A DNA stretch of 64,000 nt from an uncultured delta proteobacterium. GTDB taxonomy: Bacteria > Desulfobacterota > Desulfobacteria > Desulfobacterales > B30-G6. The translations under genes and the position numbers were made by a program. This document shows, piece by piece, positions 19,743 to 29,182 of this stretch. The notes beneath the pieces are model-generated. The model was not told the DNA's origin and searched no databases. It was given only the letters and a program-made list of their open reading frames with translations. Position 1 is the first letter of the stretch; each line of letters opens with the position of its first letter. Location of the stretch: NCBI GenBank assembly GCA_963823335.1, contig CAWGLD010000005.1:224001-288000 (forward strand). Reading direction: 5' to 3'.

Positions 19743-20016
19743 ACAAAGGCAGACGATCTTTTAACAATCGCTACATTTTAGTTTTTTAACTTGACTATAA
19801 TGGCAGAAATCTTCATCCTAAAAGAGCCAGATTTCTGCACATTGATGGTAAAAAAGCGGCAGACCGGTCTGAACAACGAATCGCAAAAATATTAGATGAC
19901 GGAAAATGCCGGTCCAGTTGCTGTAACCCGCACAATTCTGAAAGGGGGTGATACGCAGGAAGCTCAATTTCAACCCACCTAAAACAATTACCTATTATCA
20001 GGAAAGGAGAGAAGCA

Positions 20017-21051
20017 ATGGCCAAACAAATGCTCATAGATGCTTATCGGGGAAAGATGACGCCCAAAGCACCGTGGGTACCGTATGCTGGTGTGCATTGT
20101 GCATTCTTGATCGAAGAAGAAGCCGATACAATGCTAAAAGATCCGGAACTTCTTGCAAAGGGTGTTGTGGAGGCAGCAAAACGGTACAAAGCAGACGGTA
20201 TCCCCCTTCTATTCGATCTCTCGGTGGAAGCCAACTCCATTGGTTGTGACTTGAAATGGTGGCCGGACAATGTTCCTTCTGTCCAGAATCATCCCTGTTC
20301 AGACAAAACCCCTCAGGACGCAGGACTTAAGCTCCCCACCAAGGATTCCGGCAGGTGGCCCGTTATTTTTGAGGCTGCAAGAATCGCCAAACCTCAACTG
20401 CAAGAGCTTGACTGCGCTCTTATGGGTCTTTTTTGTGGCCCGTTGACACTGGCGTCCCATCTGGCTGGTGTGCGTATCTTTACCGATGTATACAAAAACA
20501 GGGAATTTGCCCACGAAGTCGTGAAATTTGCAGGTGCGGTGGGTGCATTATCTGCACAATTCTATGCGGAAATGGGTTGTGAGATCATTGCCTGTGTGGA
20601 CCCGGTTGCCTCACAGATTAAGTCCGAAACCTTCAAGGAGTTCGTTACGCCTAATTGTCAAGAGGCGATTAAGGTTATTCACGACGCCGGATTGACCTCA
20701 TCCTTTTTTATTTGTGGCGACTGTACCAGGGTCATGGAAGATGTTTGCCAGATCGGTACGCATGGGTTTGCCATCGATGAACAGCTGAACTTGAATTTTG
20801 TACGCGACCTTGCGCGCAAACACGGTGTCGGGTTTGGTGGCAACTTGAAGCTGACCCTTGCTTTGAGCCTGGGTTTGATCTCCTCCAGAGAAGATGCCAT
20901 CGTGAGCCTTGCCGCCGGAGGGCAACACGGCTACACGTTTGCACCCGGCTGAGATATGCCATACGATGTTCCGGTGGAACATATGGACCAAGCGCTCGAA
21001 GTCAGGGATTGGTATGAACAATTCTATGCCAAGTATCCGGAATCTTGGTAA
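20017..21051 (+). CDS. MtaA/CmuA-like (UroD fold) methyltransferase selenoprotein, 344 aa, Sec312
   Basis: AAGGAG RBS; APWVPYAGVH, GPLTLA, FICGD; APG-UGA(20950-20952)-DMPYDVPVEHMDQALEVRDWYEQFYAKYPESW* aligns with PGCD of 14756; SECIS-like hairpin. Confidence 0.92.
20959..20986 (+). promoter_or_regulatory. SECIS-like hairpin
   Basis: CCAU-(ACG bulge)-AUGUUCC-GGU-GGAACAU-AUGG; loop starts 20 nt after UGA. Confidence 0.85.
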
Positions 21052-21078
21052 ACCATTTATGAAAGGAGACTTCGGATT

Positions 21079-21468
21079 ATGGCAGATAAAATACACATAG
21101 ATGTTCTGACCCTGGACAGTGTTCAATGCGCTGCCTGCGGGTACATGATGGAGTCGATTGCCGCGCTCCCAGGTGATATACAGGCGGTGATCGAATACAA
21201 GGAACACTCGATTAAAAACAAAGAAGGTGTCGGTAAATTTCTCGAGCTCAAAGGCAAGGTGCTCCCAACGATTTGCATTGAGAACGATCTGGTGTTTGAG
21301 AGTATCATCCCGCAATACGAGGAACTCATCGACGCTATGGCTCAAAGAGCACCCAACGATGAATTACGGGAAAAGATTAAAGCCCTTCGCGAGCACGGTT
21401 TCGAGTTTGACAAAATACAGGAAAACCTGGCCAAGGCGGGCTCCGGTCAAAAAACGCGCGCGAACTGA
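21079..21468 (+). CDS. Thioredoxin-fold protein (C-A-A-C)
   Basis: AAGGAG RBS; DVLTLDSVQCAACGYM, VLPTI, FESIIP. Confidence 0.85.
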   Translation: MADKIHIDVLTLDSVQCAACGYMMESIAALPGDIQAVIEYKEHSIKNKEGVGKFLELKGKVLPTICIENDLVFESIIPQYEELIDAMAQRAPNDELREKIKALREHGFEFDKIQENLAKAGSGQKTRAN

Positions 21469-21511
21469 GAATAAGCGTTTAAAAGAACGAACATCAACTA
21501 TTTGCAATGAT

Positions 21512-21549
21512 GCGATTGGGGGCCCCTCGGGGCCCTCAATCGCCTTCTT
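21512..21549 (+). terminator. Putative intrinsic terminator
   Basis: GCGATTGGGGGCCCC-TCG-GGGCCCTCAATCGC followed by CTTCTT. Confidence 0.55.
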
Positions 21550-21602
21550 GGGAATGACAACTTTTTCGAAAACGGATAGTTCCCGATTATAGGGTCCCCA
21601 CT

Positions 21603-21905
21603 ATGTCCATAAATCATCTTGAGGGGGTACTGGCGTTAAAGCAGCTTGTAATTAGGCATGGACTGCCGAGAGACGATTATGCGTTCTTTGGTGTCAAATG
21701 TCCTTATTGCGGGAAAATGGATCGCATCTGCCGTTTGGATCCTCCCGGGAGACTGAAGCAGGCTATGGGTCCCGAGGACACACTGTCATATGCAGAGCGT
21801 TGGAATACGGTTTCCCTTCCTGATCATTTGTTGGGTGTGTGTAAATTTTGCCACAACCTCCTGAAGCTGGACGAGACGATGAAGGCCGCCCCCCTGGCCG
21901 AGTAA
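21603..21905 (+). CDS. Hypothetical Zn-finger-like protein
   Basis: CPYCGK and CKFC pairs. Confidence 0.65.
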   Translation: MSINHLEGVLALKQLVIRHGLPRDDYAFFGVKCPYCGKMDRICRLDPPGRLKQAMGPEDTLSYAERWNTVSLPDHLLGVCKFCHNLLKLDETMKAAPLAE

Positions 21906-22040
21906 CACCCTATTGTAGTAATTTAATTCACTGCCGAACCCGCTGCCCGATGAAGGCGAATCCACATGTTTCTTTATAACTATTTTGGAAGATCAAGCCA
22001 ATGAGAACCCCCCATGCAAACCTGATACTGGAGGAAGATA

Positions 22041-22286
22041 ATGAAAGTTGAAGTTTTGGGACCGGGATGCAAACGATGTGAAAAACTTTACACCAACACG
22101 ACCGAGGCTGCATCGGCTTTCAGTGCCTCAAACACGATTGAGGTTGTAAAGGTGAAAGACATAAAATATTTTGCAAAAATGGGGGTATTCATGACGCCCG
22201 GGCTAGTTATCGACGGTGAGCTTATTTCAACCGGAAAAGTGTTATCCCCCGAAGAAATCAAAAAGAAAATTGAGGAGAAAATGTGA
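22041..22286 (+). CDS. Small redox-active disulfide protein (thioredoxin family)
   Basis: GGAGG RBS; VLGPGCKRC, GVFMTPGLVIDG. Confidence 0.88.
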   Translation: MKVEVLGPGCKRCEKLYTNTTEAASAFSASNTIEVVKVKDIKYFAKMGVFMTPGLVIDGELISTGKVLSPEEIKKKIEEKM

Positions 22287-22289
22287 TCC

Positions 22290-23324
22290 ATGTTTGACAC
22301 GACGCGGGTATATTTAATTACGGGTTTTCTCGGAAGCGGCAAAACCACATTGTTGAATCGGATTATCGACGGCTTCCCCAAGGACAAAAAACTGACCCTC
22401 CTGGTAAACGAATTCGGCGAGGTAGGTGTGGACGGCACCTTGGTGGAGGGTGACGACATCGATATGATGGAAATCAGCAAAGGGTCGATTTTCTGTGTCT
22501 GTGTCAAAACCGATTTTATCAAAGGCCTGTATGAACTCAACACGAAAGTCAAACCCGATGTCCTTTTGATCGAATCCACCGGGGTGGCAAACCCCACTGA
22601 CCTGAAAAGAGATCTCAAACTTCCTATATTCAACGATCGGTTTCATTTTCAGGAGCAGTTCTGCGTCATCGATGCCGTCCATTTTATGGATGCTTTCGAA
22701 GTCTATGCTTCCCTCGAAAAACAGATTGCCTCGTCCAGTGTCTTTATTATTAATAAAACGGATATCGCAACGCCTGAAGGTATCGAAGCGATCAAAAAGG
22801 TGGTCCGGCAATTTCATCCGGACCCCTTGTTTTATGAGACCACCTATGCTGATTTACCACTGAATCGATTTTTTGACTTCAATGGGGGGCACAACCCGGA
22901 TACGCAGAGAACAAAAGCTTTGGTTGAGCATACCCATGTGCTATCCGAACAGGAGTTGGAGAGATTTCTCGATGATATGCTCGACAATCCTGACCTGGAA
23001 ATCACCCCACCGGATGCCCTTGTTTCCGTGGCCTATCAATGGGAAGGCAACAACCTTGAGCAGATTAAAAACATGGCCAGGGCATTGCCTGCCGATATCG
23101 TGCGTGCGAAAGGTTTTGTTGTCGCAGAGGGCAGCTTATTTATTTTCAACTATGTCATGGGAACCTGGAGTATAGAACCATCGAGGAAGCCGATGGAGCG
23201 CGTCGTTCATAAAAACATCATTGTCTTCATCGGTCCTCAGGAAACGATGGCAGGAATTGAATCTGTGATAAGCGGTGAAAACTGGAAAAGCAGGGGGATT
23301 TTTCAGCCCTATTCCGAGGGATAG
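22290..23324 (+). CDS. COG0523/CobW-family GTPase (atypical GSIFCVC motif)
   Basis: TGFLGSGKTT, NEFGEVGVDG, ESTG, NKTD, RAKG. Confidence 0.88.
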   Translation: MFDTTRVYLITGFLGSGKTTLLNRIIDGFPKDKKLTLLVNEFGEVGVDGTLVEGDDIDMMEISKGSIFCVCVKTDFIKGLYELNTKVKPDVLLIESTGVANPTDLKRDLKLPIFNDRFHFQEQFCVIDAVHFMDAFEVYASLEKQIASSSVFIINKTDIATPEGIEAIKKVVRQFHPDPLFYETTYADLPLNRFFDFNGGHNPDTQRTKALVEHTHVLSEQELERFLDDMLDNPDLEITPPDALVSVAYQWEGNNLEQIKNMARALPADIVRAKGFVVAEGSLFIFNYVMGTWSIEPSRKPMERVVHKNIIVFIGPQETMAGIESVISGENWKSRGIFQPYSEG

Positions 23325-23367
23325 CGTTGCGATTCAAACATCATTTGCAGACGATTGAGTTGAAAAG

Positions 23368-24291
23368 GTGACGATGGATATGTATGATTTGATGATTGTT
23401 GGTGCGGGACCTGCAGGCATGACCGCTGCATTGTATGCGCAGAGGATGGGGCTGGATGTGCTTGTTTTTGGCGATATTGCCGGGGGCAGCACGTATATGA
23501 TCGAACAACTGAACAATTTTCCCGGGTTTATGAACGGGATTCCTGGAACCCAGTTCGGTCTTCAAACGTTTCAGCAGGCACAGCAAGAAGGCGCTTTCTT
23601 TACCATGACCCGGTTGGACGGCCTTTCTTTTGCAAACGGGCGGTTTATCGGAACCGATGCGGCCGGGAAATCGATCGTCGCAACGTGTGCCATTGTCGCT
23701 ACCGGAAGAACCCCCCAAAGATTGGACATTCCAAACGCAAATCTGAAAGGCATTCATTTCTGCTCGATATGCGATGGCCCTCTTTACAGGAACAAGCATG
23801 CGCATCTATCGGTCATCGGAAGCGATAACGCTGCCGGGCAGCATGCCATAGCCCTATCACGGGTGGCGGACAAAGTGCTCTTGGTTTGTCGGAGCGAGCA
23901 GCTGCTGATGGATGCTGTGCACCGGAAACAGATCGCATCCAAACAGAATCTCGATGTGCTTTGCGGAGTCGAAGTCTTGGGCTACGAGGGTCTCGACATG
24001 ATCGAGGGCATGAGGGTCAGGACAATGGAAGGTACTGAAAAACTATTGCCGGTGGATGGTGTCTTTCTGGCCATTGGCTGGCAACCGAATACAGGAATGC
24101 TGGATCTTGCCGCCGATACCACAGCGGAGGGCTATTTGAAGACCGATGAAAAATTAATGACCTCATTTCCAGGACTTTTTGCCGCCGGAGATGTCCGTAA
24201 TACAGATATGTGGCAGGTGTTGACGGCGTGTGCCGACGGCGCAAGGGCTGCCAAGCATGTTGCTGGGTTTTTATCGATCAGCCGACAATAA
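23368..24291 (+). CDS. Thioredoxin reductase-like flavoprotein
   Basis: GAGPAG, NFPG, ATG, CSICDG, GLFAAGDV; second Rossmann motif altered (GSDNAA). Confidence 0.85.
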   Translation: MTMDMYDLMIVGAGPAGMTAALYAQRMGLDVLVFGDIAGGSTYMIEQLNNFPGFMNGIPGTQFGLQTFQQAQQEGAFFTMTRLDGLSFANGRFIGTDAAGKSIVATCAIVATGRTPQRLDIPNANLKGIHFCSICDGPLYRNKHAHLSVIGSDNAAGQHAIALSRVADKVLLVCRSEQLLMDAVHRKQIASKQNLDVLCGVEVLGYEGLDMIEGMRVRTMEGTEKLLPVDGVFLAIGWQPNTGMLDLAADTTAEGYLKTDEKLMTSFPGLFAAGDVRNTDMWQVLTACADGARAAKHVAGFLSISRQ

Positions 24292-24316
24292 AATAGTCAT
24301 AAGAGGAGGCAGCCGA

Positions 24317-25462
24317 GTGAAAGCACCGAAACCATTGACGCCAAACTCACCGGTCAAACTGATATTTACCGGTGGATTTCTAGGAACGGGCAAAACCACA
24401 GCCCTTGCAGTATTGGCAAGAGAACTCATCGGTCAGGGTAAACGGGTCGGAATTATAACCAACGACCAAAGCGAAAACCTGGCGGATACGATCATTGTCA
24501 AGCAGTTACTCGGCGAGTTGGGTGTGCCGGTAGAGGAGGTTGTTGAGGGTTGTTTCTGCTGCAAATTCGATGAGCTTATCGATCAGATGGAGAAAATTCT
24601 CGTACACAAACCGGATGTCCTGATGGGTGAACCTGTGGGGAGTTGTACCGATTTTGTCGCGGCGGTTGCCAACCCCATAAAGATTCATTACAGGGATGCT
24701 TTCAGATTCGCACCATTTTCAACCATGGTAGACCCTGTTCGGGTTGGGGAATTTCTGATGGAGGACACCCAGACGACTTTTCCAGAGGAAGTGTCCTATC
24801 TTTTTCGCAAGCAGCTGGAGGAAGCGGACCTGATTGTGCTGAACAAGATCGACCAGTTATCCGATCCGGAAAGAGAGCGGCTTGTGGACGTTCTCAAGAA
24901 AAACTATCCTAAAAAGGAAGTGATGCCTGTGTCGGCAAAATACGGAAACGGTATGTCCGAATGGCTCGATGTCTTGCTTTCCGGAAGCCCCGGTGCGGAC
25001 ACGGTTTTGCATGAAATCGACTACGATCGTTATGCCAGAGCCGAGGCAGTGCTGGGATGGCTCAATGCTGCCGTAAAAATTACCGCCGACCGGTCGTTCG
25101 ATTCCGCAGTATGTTTGCGGGATCTGGCAGTAAAGTTAAGAGATGCCTTCCGGGAGATAAATGCCGGTATCGGCCATATAAAAATTGTCATGACCAGTGC
25201 CGGAAAATCCATGTGGGTCAATCTTACCCACCTGGCCGCCGAACCGATGCTCAGCGATAAACAGCTGGGAGATATCCCCGGGGGCAGTCTCATTGTCAAC
25301 GCCAGGGTTCAGATCGTTCCCGAGGTACTGGAAACCATCGTGCGCAGCGCCATTGAAGAGACATCCGTTTCACAAGGCTTTCGATGGGAAATCATCGACC
25401 TGCAATGCTTCAGCCCGGCATATCCTAACCCGCCTTACCTGGTTCGTGAAGAAAGCGTCTAA
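24317..25462 (+). CDS. COG0523-like GTPase
   Basis: GAGGAGG RBS before GTG; GGFLGTGKTT, TNDQ, GCFCC, EPVGSC, NKID. Confidence 0.85.
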   Translation: MKAPKPLTPNSPVKLIFTGGFLGTGKTTALAVLARELIGQGKRVGIITNDQSENLADTIIVKQLLGELGVPVEEVVEGCFCCKFDELIDQMEKILVHKPDVLMGEPVGSCTDFVAAVANPIKIHYRDAFRFAPFSTMVDPVRVGEFLMEDTQTTFPEEVSYLFRKQLEEADLIVLNKIDQLSDPERERLVDVLKKNYPKKEVMPVSAKYGNGMSEWLDVLLSGSPGADTVLHEIDYDRYARAEAVLGWLNAAVKITADRSFDSAVCLRDLAVKLRDAFREINAGIGHIKIVMTSAGKSMWVNLTHLAAEPMLSDKQLGDIPGGSLIVNARVQIVPEVLETIVRSAIEETSVSQGFRWEIIDLQCFSPAYPNPPYLVREESV

Positions 25463-25496
25463 CCACGATTTTTGTCGAATGATAAAGGAAAACCCC

Positions 25497-25790
25497 ATGA
25501 AAGAGATAGAAAAAATCCATCTCGAAGTACTGCACGAAGGTGCGCATTGAATCCCCTGCGAATACATGACCAGGGTGGTCGAATCTGTGGCGCCGGATTT
25601 TGGTGAGCGTTTGCAATGGGAAAAAGTCGTGACCAAAGAAATGAAAGGTGCCTTGAGGTACGGAGAATTATCAAAAAGCATCGGGCGCCCGGCGCCTGTT
25701 CCCTCTATCTTTATCAATGGAAAACTGGTTTTTGAACAGACGCCGAGCACTGAGGATCTTGCGGGGTTCCTGGAAAAACTGGTTGTTTGA
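25497..25790 (+). CDS. Thioredoxin-fold selenoprotein (U-I-P-C), 97 aa
   Basis: AAGGA RBS; MKEIEKIHLEVLHEGAH-UGA(25548-25550)-IPCEYM..APVPSIFINGKLVF aligns with CLPCFYM..APVPSLFIDGELVF of 28170; SECIS-like hairpin. Confidence 0.9.
25567..25581 (+). promoter_or_regulatory. SECIS-like hairpin
   Basis: UGACCA-GGG-UGGUCG; loop starts 22 nt after UGA. Confidence 0.7.
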
Positions 25791-25810
25791 TGCCAAAAGG
25801 AGATATTTGT

Positions 25811-26056
25811 GTGATCCGGATTGAAGTTATCGGTTTAGACCCCCCTTGCAGGAAATGCAACGAGCTGTTCGCCAACGTAAAACAGGCACTGGAGGAAATG
25901 GGGTTCGAAGCCGAAGTCTCAAAAAAATGGACCCTGTCCCAAGAAATTCGAACTGCATACGGCCTGCTGCTCAGCCCGGCACTGGCAATTGAAGGCGTGG
26001 TGGTTTTCCAGGGTAAGGTGTTCAAACCGGAACGTATTAAGGACCTTTTACGCTGA
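25811..26056 (+). CDS. Small thioredoxin-family protein
   Basis: AAGGAG RBS before GTG; IEVIGLDPPCRKC, SPALAIEG. Confidence 0.8.
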   Translation: MIRIEVIGLDPPCRKCNELFANVKQALEEMGFEAEVSKKWTLSQEIRTAYGLLLSPALAIEGVVVFQGKVFKPERIKDLLR

Positions 26057-26062
26057 ATCGTT

Positions 26063-26365
26063 ATGAAAACAAGGAATAAGAAATCCGACGCCAATGCCCG
26101 TGAATTGTATAAAAAGGGATGCGAGCTGAAGCGTGCCGGCAACCTCAGGGCGGCTGTCGCCAGTTTTTCAAAAGCGATCGATTGCGACACTCAATTTGCG
26201 GAAGCCTATTTTTCGAGAGGTGCGAGTTATTATCTGCTGGGCCAATATCAACTTGCCGGGATGGATATGGATGCGGCTGTGCTGCTTGGATGCCAGGATG
26301 CCCAGTTGTGGAGCAGATTCGACATGCATTATATGACGGAATCAGACGAGGACAGGGATACCTAA
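26063..26365 (+). CDS. TPR protein
   Basis: FSKAI..AEAYFSRG..LGQY..A TPR pattern. Confidence 0.7.
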   Translation: MKTRNKKSDANARELYKKGCELKRAGNLRAAVASFSKAIDCDTQFAEAYFSRGASYYLLGQYQLAGMDMDAAVLLGCQDAQLWSRFDMHYMTESDEDRDT

Positions 26366-26467
26366 CGCCACAGGGAGGGCGCGCTTTTTAGCTTCCGGGT
26401 CCGCTTTTCGCCATAACAGGTGTGATGACCGTTGTATGACATGTTCAGAAATGGCGATACATGGTGA

Positions 26468-27967
26468 TCATGAATCCAAATCGAGGAGTTCGAGTGCAGC
26501 GTCGGTTGGAGACATTCGACCCTCTTTTACGGCGCCGGTCAGTTTCAGAACCTTGGTTTTAGATCGTTTGTAAAACCGCTCTTTTAAACCTTCTTCCACA
26601 AGCGACCACATCCAATTTACGGATTGCCGGCGTCTTTTCTGTGAAAACTCACCCGATGCTTCCATTCTGGATCGGTAGTCCGAAATGGCCTGCCATATGT
26701 CGATGATGCCGTCCATGTTTTTTGAACTGCAGGTGAGAACCGGTACTTTCCATGCCGGGGACTCCTGTTTGACGATGCTCAGTGCGGATTCATAAATTTT
26801 TTTTGCTTCCCTGGCTTTTTCAATGTTGTCCCCATCGGCCTTGTTGATGACGATGGCATCCGCCAGTTCCAATATGCCTTTCTTGATCCCTTGAAGTTCG
26901 TCTCCTGCACCGGTGATCATCAACATCAGAAAAAAATCGACCATTGATGCCACATGTGATTCCGACTGACCGATACCCACGGTTTCCACCAGCAAGATTT
27001 CATATCCTGCAGCCTCGCAGATGACCATACTTTCTTTGGTTTTTTTTGCGATGCCGCCTAAAGTGCCGCCGGAGGCAGAGGGGCGGATAAATGCGTTCGG
27101 ATGGCCCGAGAGCCGTTTCATTCGGGTTTTGTCTCCTAGAACACTACCTCCGGTTTTCGAACTGCTGGGATCTACCGCTAGAACCGCCACACGATGCCCC
27201 ATATCGGCGAGCATTGTCCCGAAACTTTCTATAAATGTACTTTTACCTGCACCTGGAACGCCTGATATGCCGATGCGTAAAGCTTTACCCGATAAAAGCA
27301 GCAGTTGTTCGATAAGTTGGTCGGCTACCTGGCGATGTCCGGCCCGAGTGTCTTCAATGAGGGTTATGACCTTGGCGATAACCGCCCTGTCCCCGGCAAC
27401 GACGCCATCGATACATTGTCTCAGCTCAGGACGGGTTTGTTTTCTTTCCTCTAAATGGTAGAGTAATCGAGATAACCCCGATACTATATCATGACCAATA
27501 TCCAGGACTTCGTCGAAGCCGAATTCCTGATGTTTGTTTTCGACTTCCTCAAAGGCCTGCTTCCAGGCGACATTTAAAATTTTGCCACCCGATGCAACAG
27601 AAACAGCTTCCACCAGTCGGGTGACGGATGATTCCGATAGTTTGTAATCGAACGGAAACAGGACAGCATGGACATCGTTCTCAACGGCAGCTCGGGCTGT
27701 TTGTCCATGGGGAAGCCCTCCGGGATGGATATCCACGTCAAACCCCCACTGGGAAAAGGCGGTGGGAACGAGATTGTCAATACGGTTCGCGCTATTTGAT
27801 ACAATGCCACAAAGAAGAATTCTTGGCCGGCGCCCCATCCTTTGTTCGAAAAGGTCCGTTCTCCGGTTGAGAGTATGAGAGATGGTGTTGTCCAGAAGAA
27901 TGCTTTTAAAGCGTGCGAACAGGTTTCGGTTCCCAGGTCGCGTTTTATTTGCTTGGATTTGGCGCAT
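26468..27967 (-). CDS. meaB: Fusion of degenerate mutase-type B12-binding domain and MeaB GTPase
   Basis: GRRPRILL..GFDVDI..ARAAVENDVH without DxHxxG; then GVPGAGKST, DPSS..GGSVLGDKTRM, ETVGIGQSE, NKAD. Confidence 0.85.
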   Translation of the reverse strand: MRQIQANKTRPGNRNLFARFKSILLDNTISHTLNRRTDLFEQRMGRRPRILLCGIVSNSANRIDNLVPTAFSQWGFDVDIHPGGLPHGQTARAAVENDVHAVLFPFDYKLSESSVTRLVEAVSVASGGKILNVAWKQAFEEVENKHQEFGFDEVLDIGHDIVSGLSRLLYHLEERKQTRPELRQCIDGVVAGDRAVIAKVITLIEDTRAGHRQVADQLIEQLLLLSGKALRIGISGVPGAGKSTFIESFGTMLADMGHRVAVLAVDPSSSKTGGSVLGDKTRMKRLSGHPNAFIRPSASGGTLGGIAKKTKESMVICEAAGYEILLVETVGIGQSESHVASMVDFFLMLMITGAGDELQGIKKGILELADAIVINKADGDNIEKAREAKKIYESALSIVKQESPAWKVPVLTCSSKNMDGIIDIWQAISDYRSRMEASGEFSQKRRRQSVNWMWSLVEEGLKERFYKRSKTKVLKLTGAVKEGRMSPTDAALELLDLDS

Positions 27968-28169
27968 ATGATATGGCAGTATAAAAACTTAGGTGTTGCG
28001 ATGCATGCGTGTCACATCTCATGGTCCGATTTTACCGCCGAAACATATTTGAAAAACCGGCCCATGTCAACAGAATGACTCATGTACAGTGGTCGAATCG
28101 TTTTGCAACACTTCTTCCCGAAATATGGGCGAAAAATTCTGATCAATACATGAAAGGTCAACTTACAAT

Positions 28170-28508
28170 ATGGGAAACGGAAATAAAATTCTACTGGAAG
28201 TGATGTACAAGGCAAGTTATTGCCTGCCCTGTTTCTATATGGATGAAACCGTACTCGAAATTCTCCCGCAATATGCAGATCAGGTGGAGTATCGTCGGGT
28301 GGAATTCATGAAGGGAAGTGGAAAGAAACGCTTTTTCGAGTTGTCTTACGCACTTTTCGGAAAGGAAAACGTCCACAAATATGCCCGTGTGGCACCTGTC
28401 CCCTCACTGTTTATCGATGGTGAACTGGTTTTCGATGCCATTCCGCCCATGTTCGAACTGGAAGAGGCGATTCTTGAGGCATTGGAAAAAAGGGGAATTG
28501 ATACTTGA
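28170..28508 (+). CDS. Thioredoxin-fold protein (C-L-P-C)
   Basis: YCLPCFYM, APVPSLFIDG; Cys paralog of 25497. Confidence 0.82.
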   Translation: MGNGNKILLEVMYKASYCLPCFYMDETVLEILPQYADQVEYRRVEFMKGSGKKRFFELSYALFGKENVHKYARVAPVPSLFIDGELVFDAIPPMFELEEAILEALEKRGIDT

Positions 28509-28512
28509 AATT

Positions 28513-29031
28513 TTATTTTTCGATGCCGACGCGTGCCTTTACACCGCTCTGATAATAGTGCTTACGGGCTTTCATCTGGGTCACCGTATCTGCATTTTCG
28601 ATTACGCGAGGTGACGCATAGCGCCCGGTGATGATCAATTCCAGAGAATGGGGTTTGTTGATAATTAATCCCAGGAGATCGTTTGCGGCAATTAATCCGA
28701 GTCTGACGGCCACGGTGATTTCATCCAAGACCATCATGTTATATTTGTTTTCAGCCATGATGGTCCTAACCCGTTTTAACCCGATCTGGGCCGCGAGAAT
28801 ATCTTCGGGTTTGGGGTTCCTGTCGGTAAACGTTCCGAGACCGTATTGCTCTACCGTTATTTGGTCGCTGAGTCTTCTGAACGCTTTGATTTCACTATAC
28901 TCCCCTTTTTTTACAAACTGTGCGAAAAATATCTTGAAGCCTGAGCCTGCAGCCCTTATGGTCAGACCTATGGCTGCTGTTGTTTTCCCCTTGCCATCAC
29001 CTGTGAGAACATGTACATAGCCCTTAGACAT
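28513..29031 (-). CDS. cobO: Cob(I)alamin adenosyltransferase CobO/BtuR
   Basis: TGDGKGKTTAAIG, QFVK, VLDE, ITGR, KHYY..G..GIE. Confidence 0.9.
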   Translation of the reverse strand: MSKGYVHVLTGDGKGKTTAAIGLTIRAAGSGFKIFFAQFVKKGEYSEIKAFRRLSDQITVEQYGLGTFTDRNPKPEDILAAQIGLKRVRTIMAENKYNMMVLDEITVAVRLGLIAANDLLGLIINKPHSLELIITGRYASPRVIENADTVTQMKARKHYYQSGVKARVGIEK

Positions 29032-29182
29032 GATTTTCCCATTTCTGAAATGTTTGATTTAATACAGGATATTGCCTGTATTTATTAACAGTCGGCATTT
29101 TGACTGTCAATTCATTTTTATATGGCTGCATGCCGTGGCACCTCTTTTGTTGTCACACCGTTGTTGTAAGGGATAACCTGGA

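Noticed and set aside
14756-21051. UroD-fold genes as hemE
   Set aside because: Zn-ligand motifs and corrinoid context indicate methyltransferases
22284-22292. UGA in-frame with downstream CobW gene (possible Sec fusion)
   Set aside because: Not a Cys-equivalent position, no SECIS-like hairpin seen, both proteins complete on their own
26054-26065. UGA in-frame between small Trx and TPR gene
   Set aside because: No SECIS-like hairpin or redox motif; reads as a normal stop
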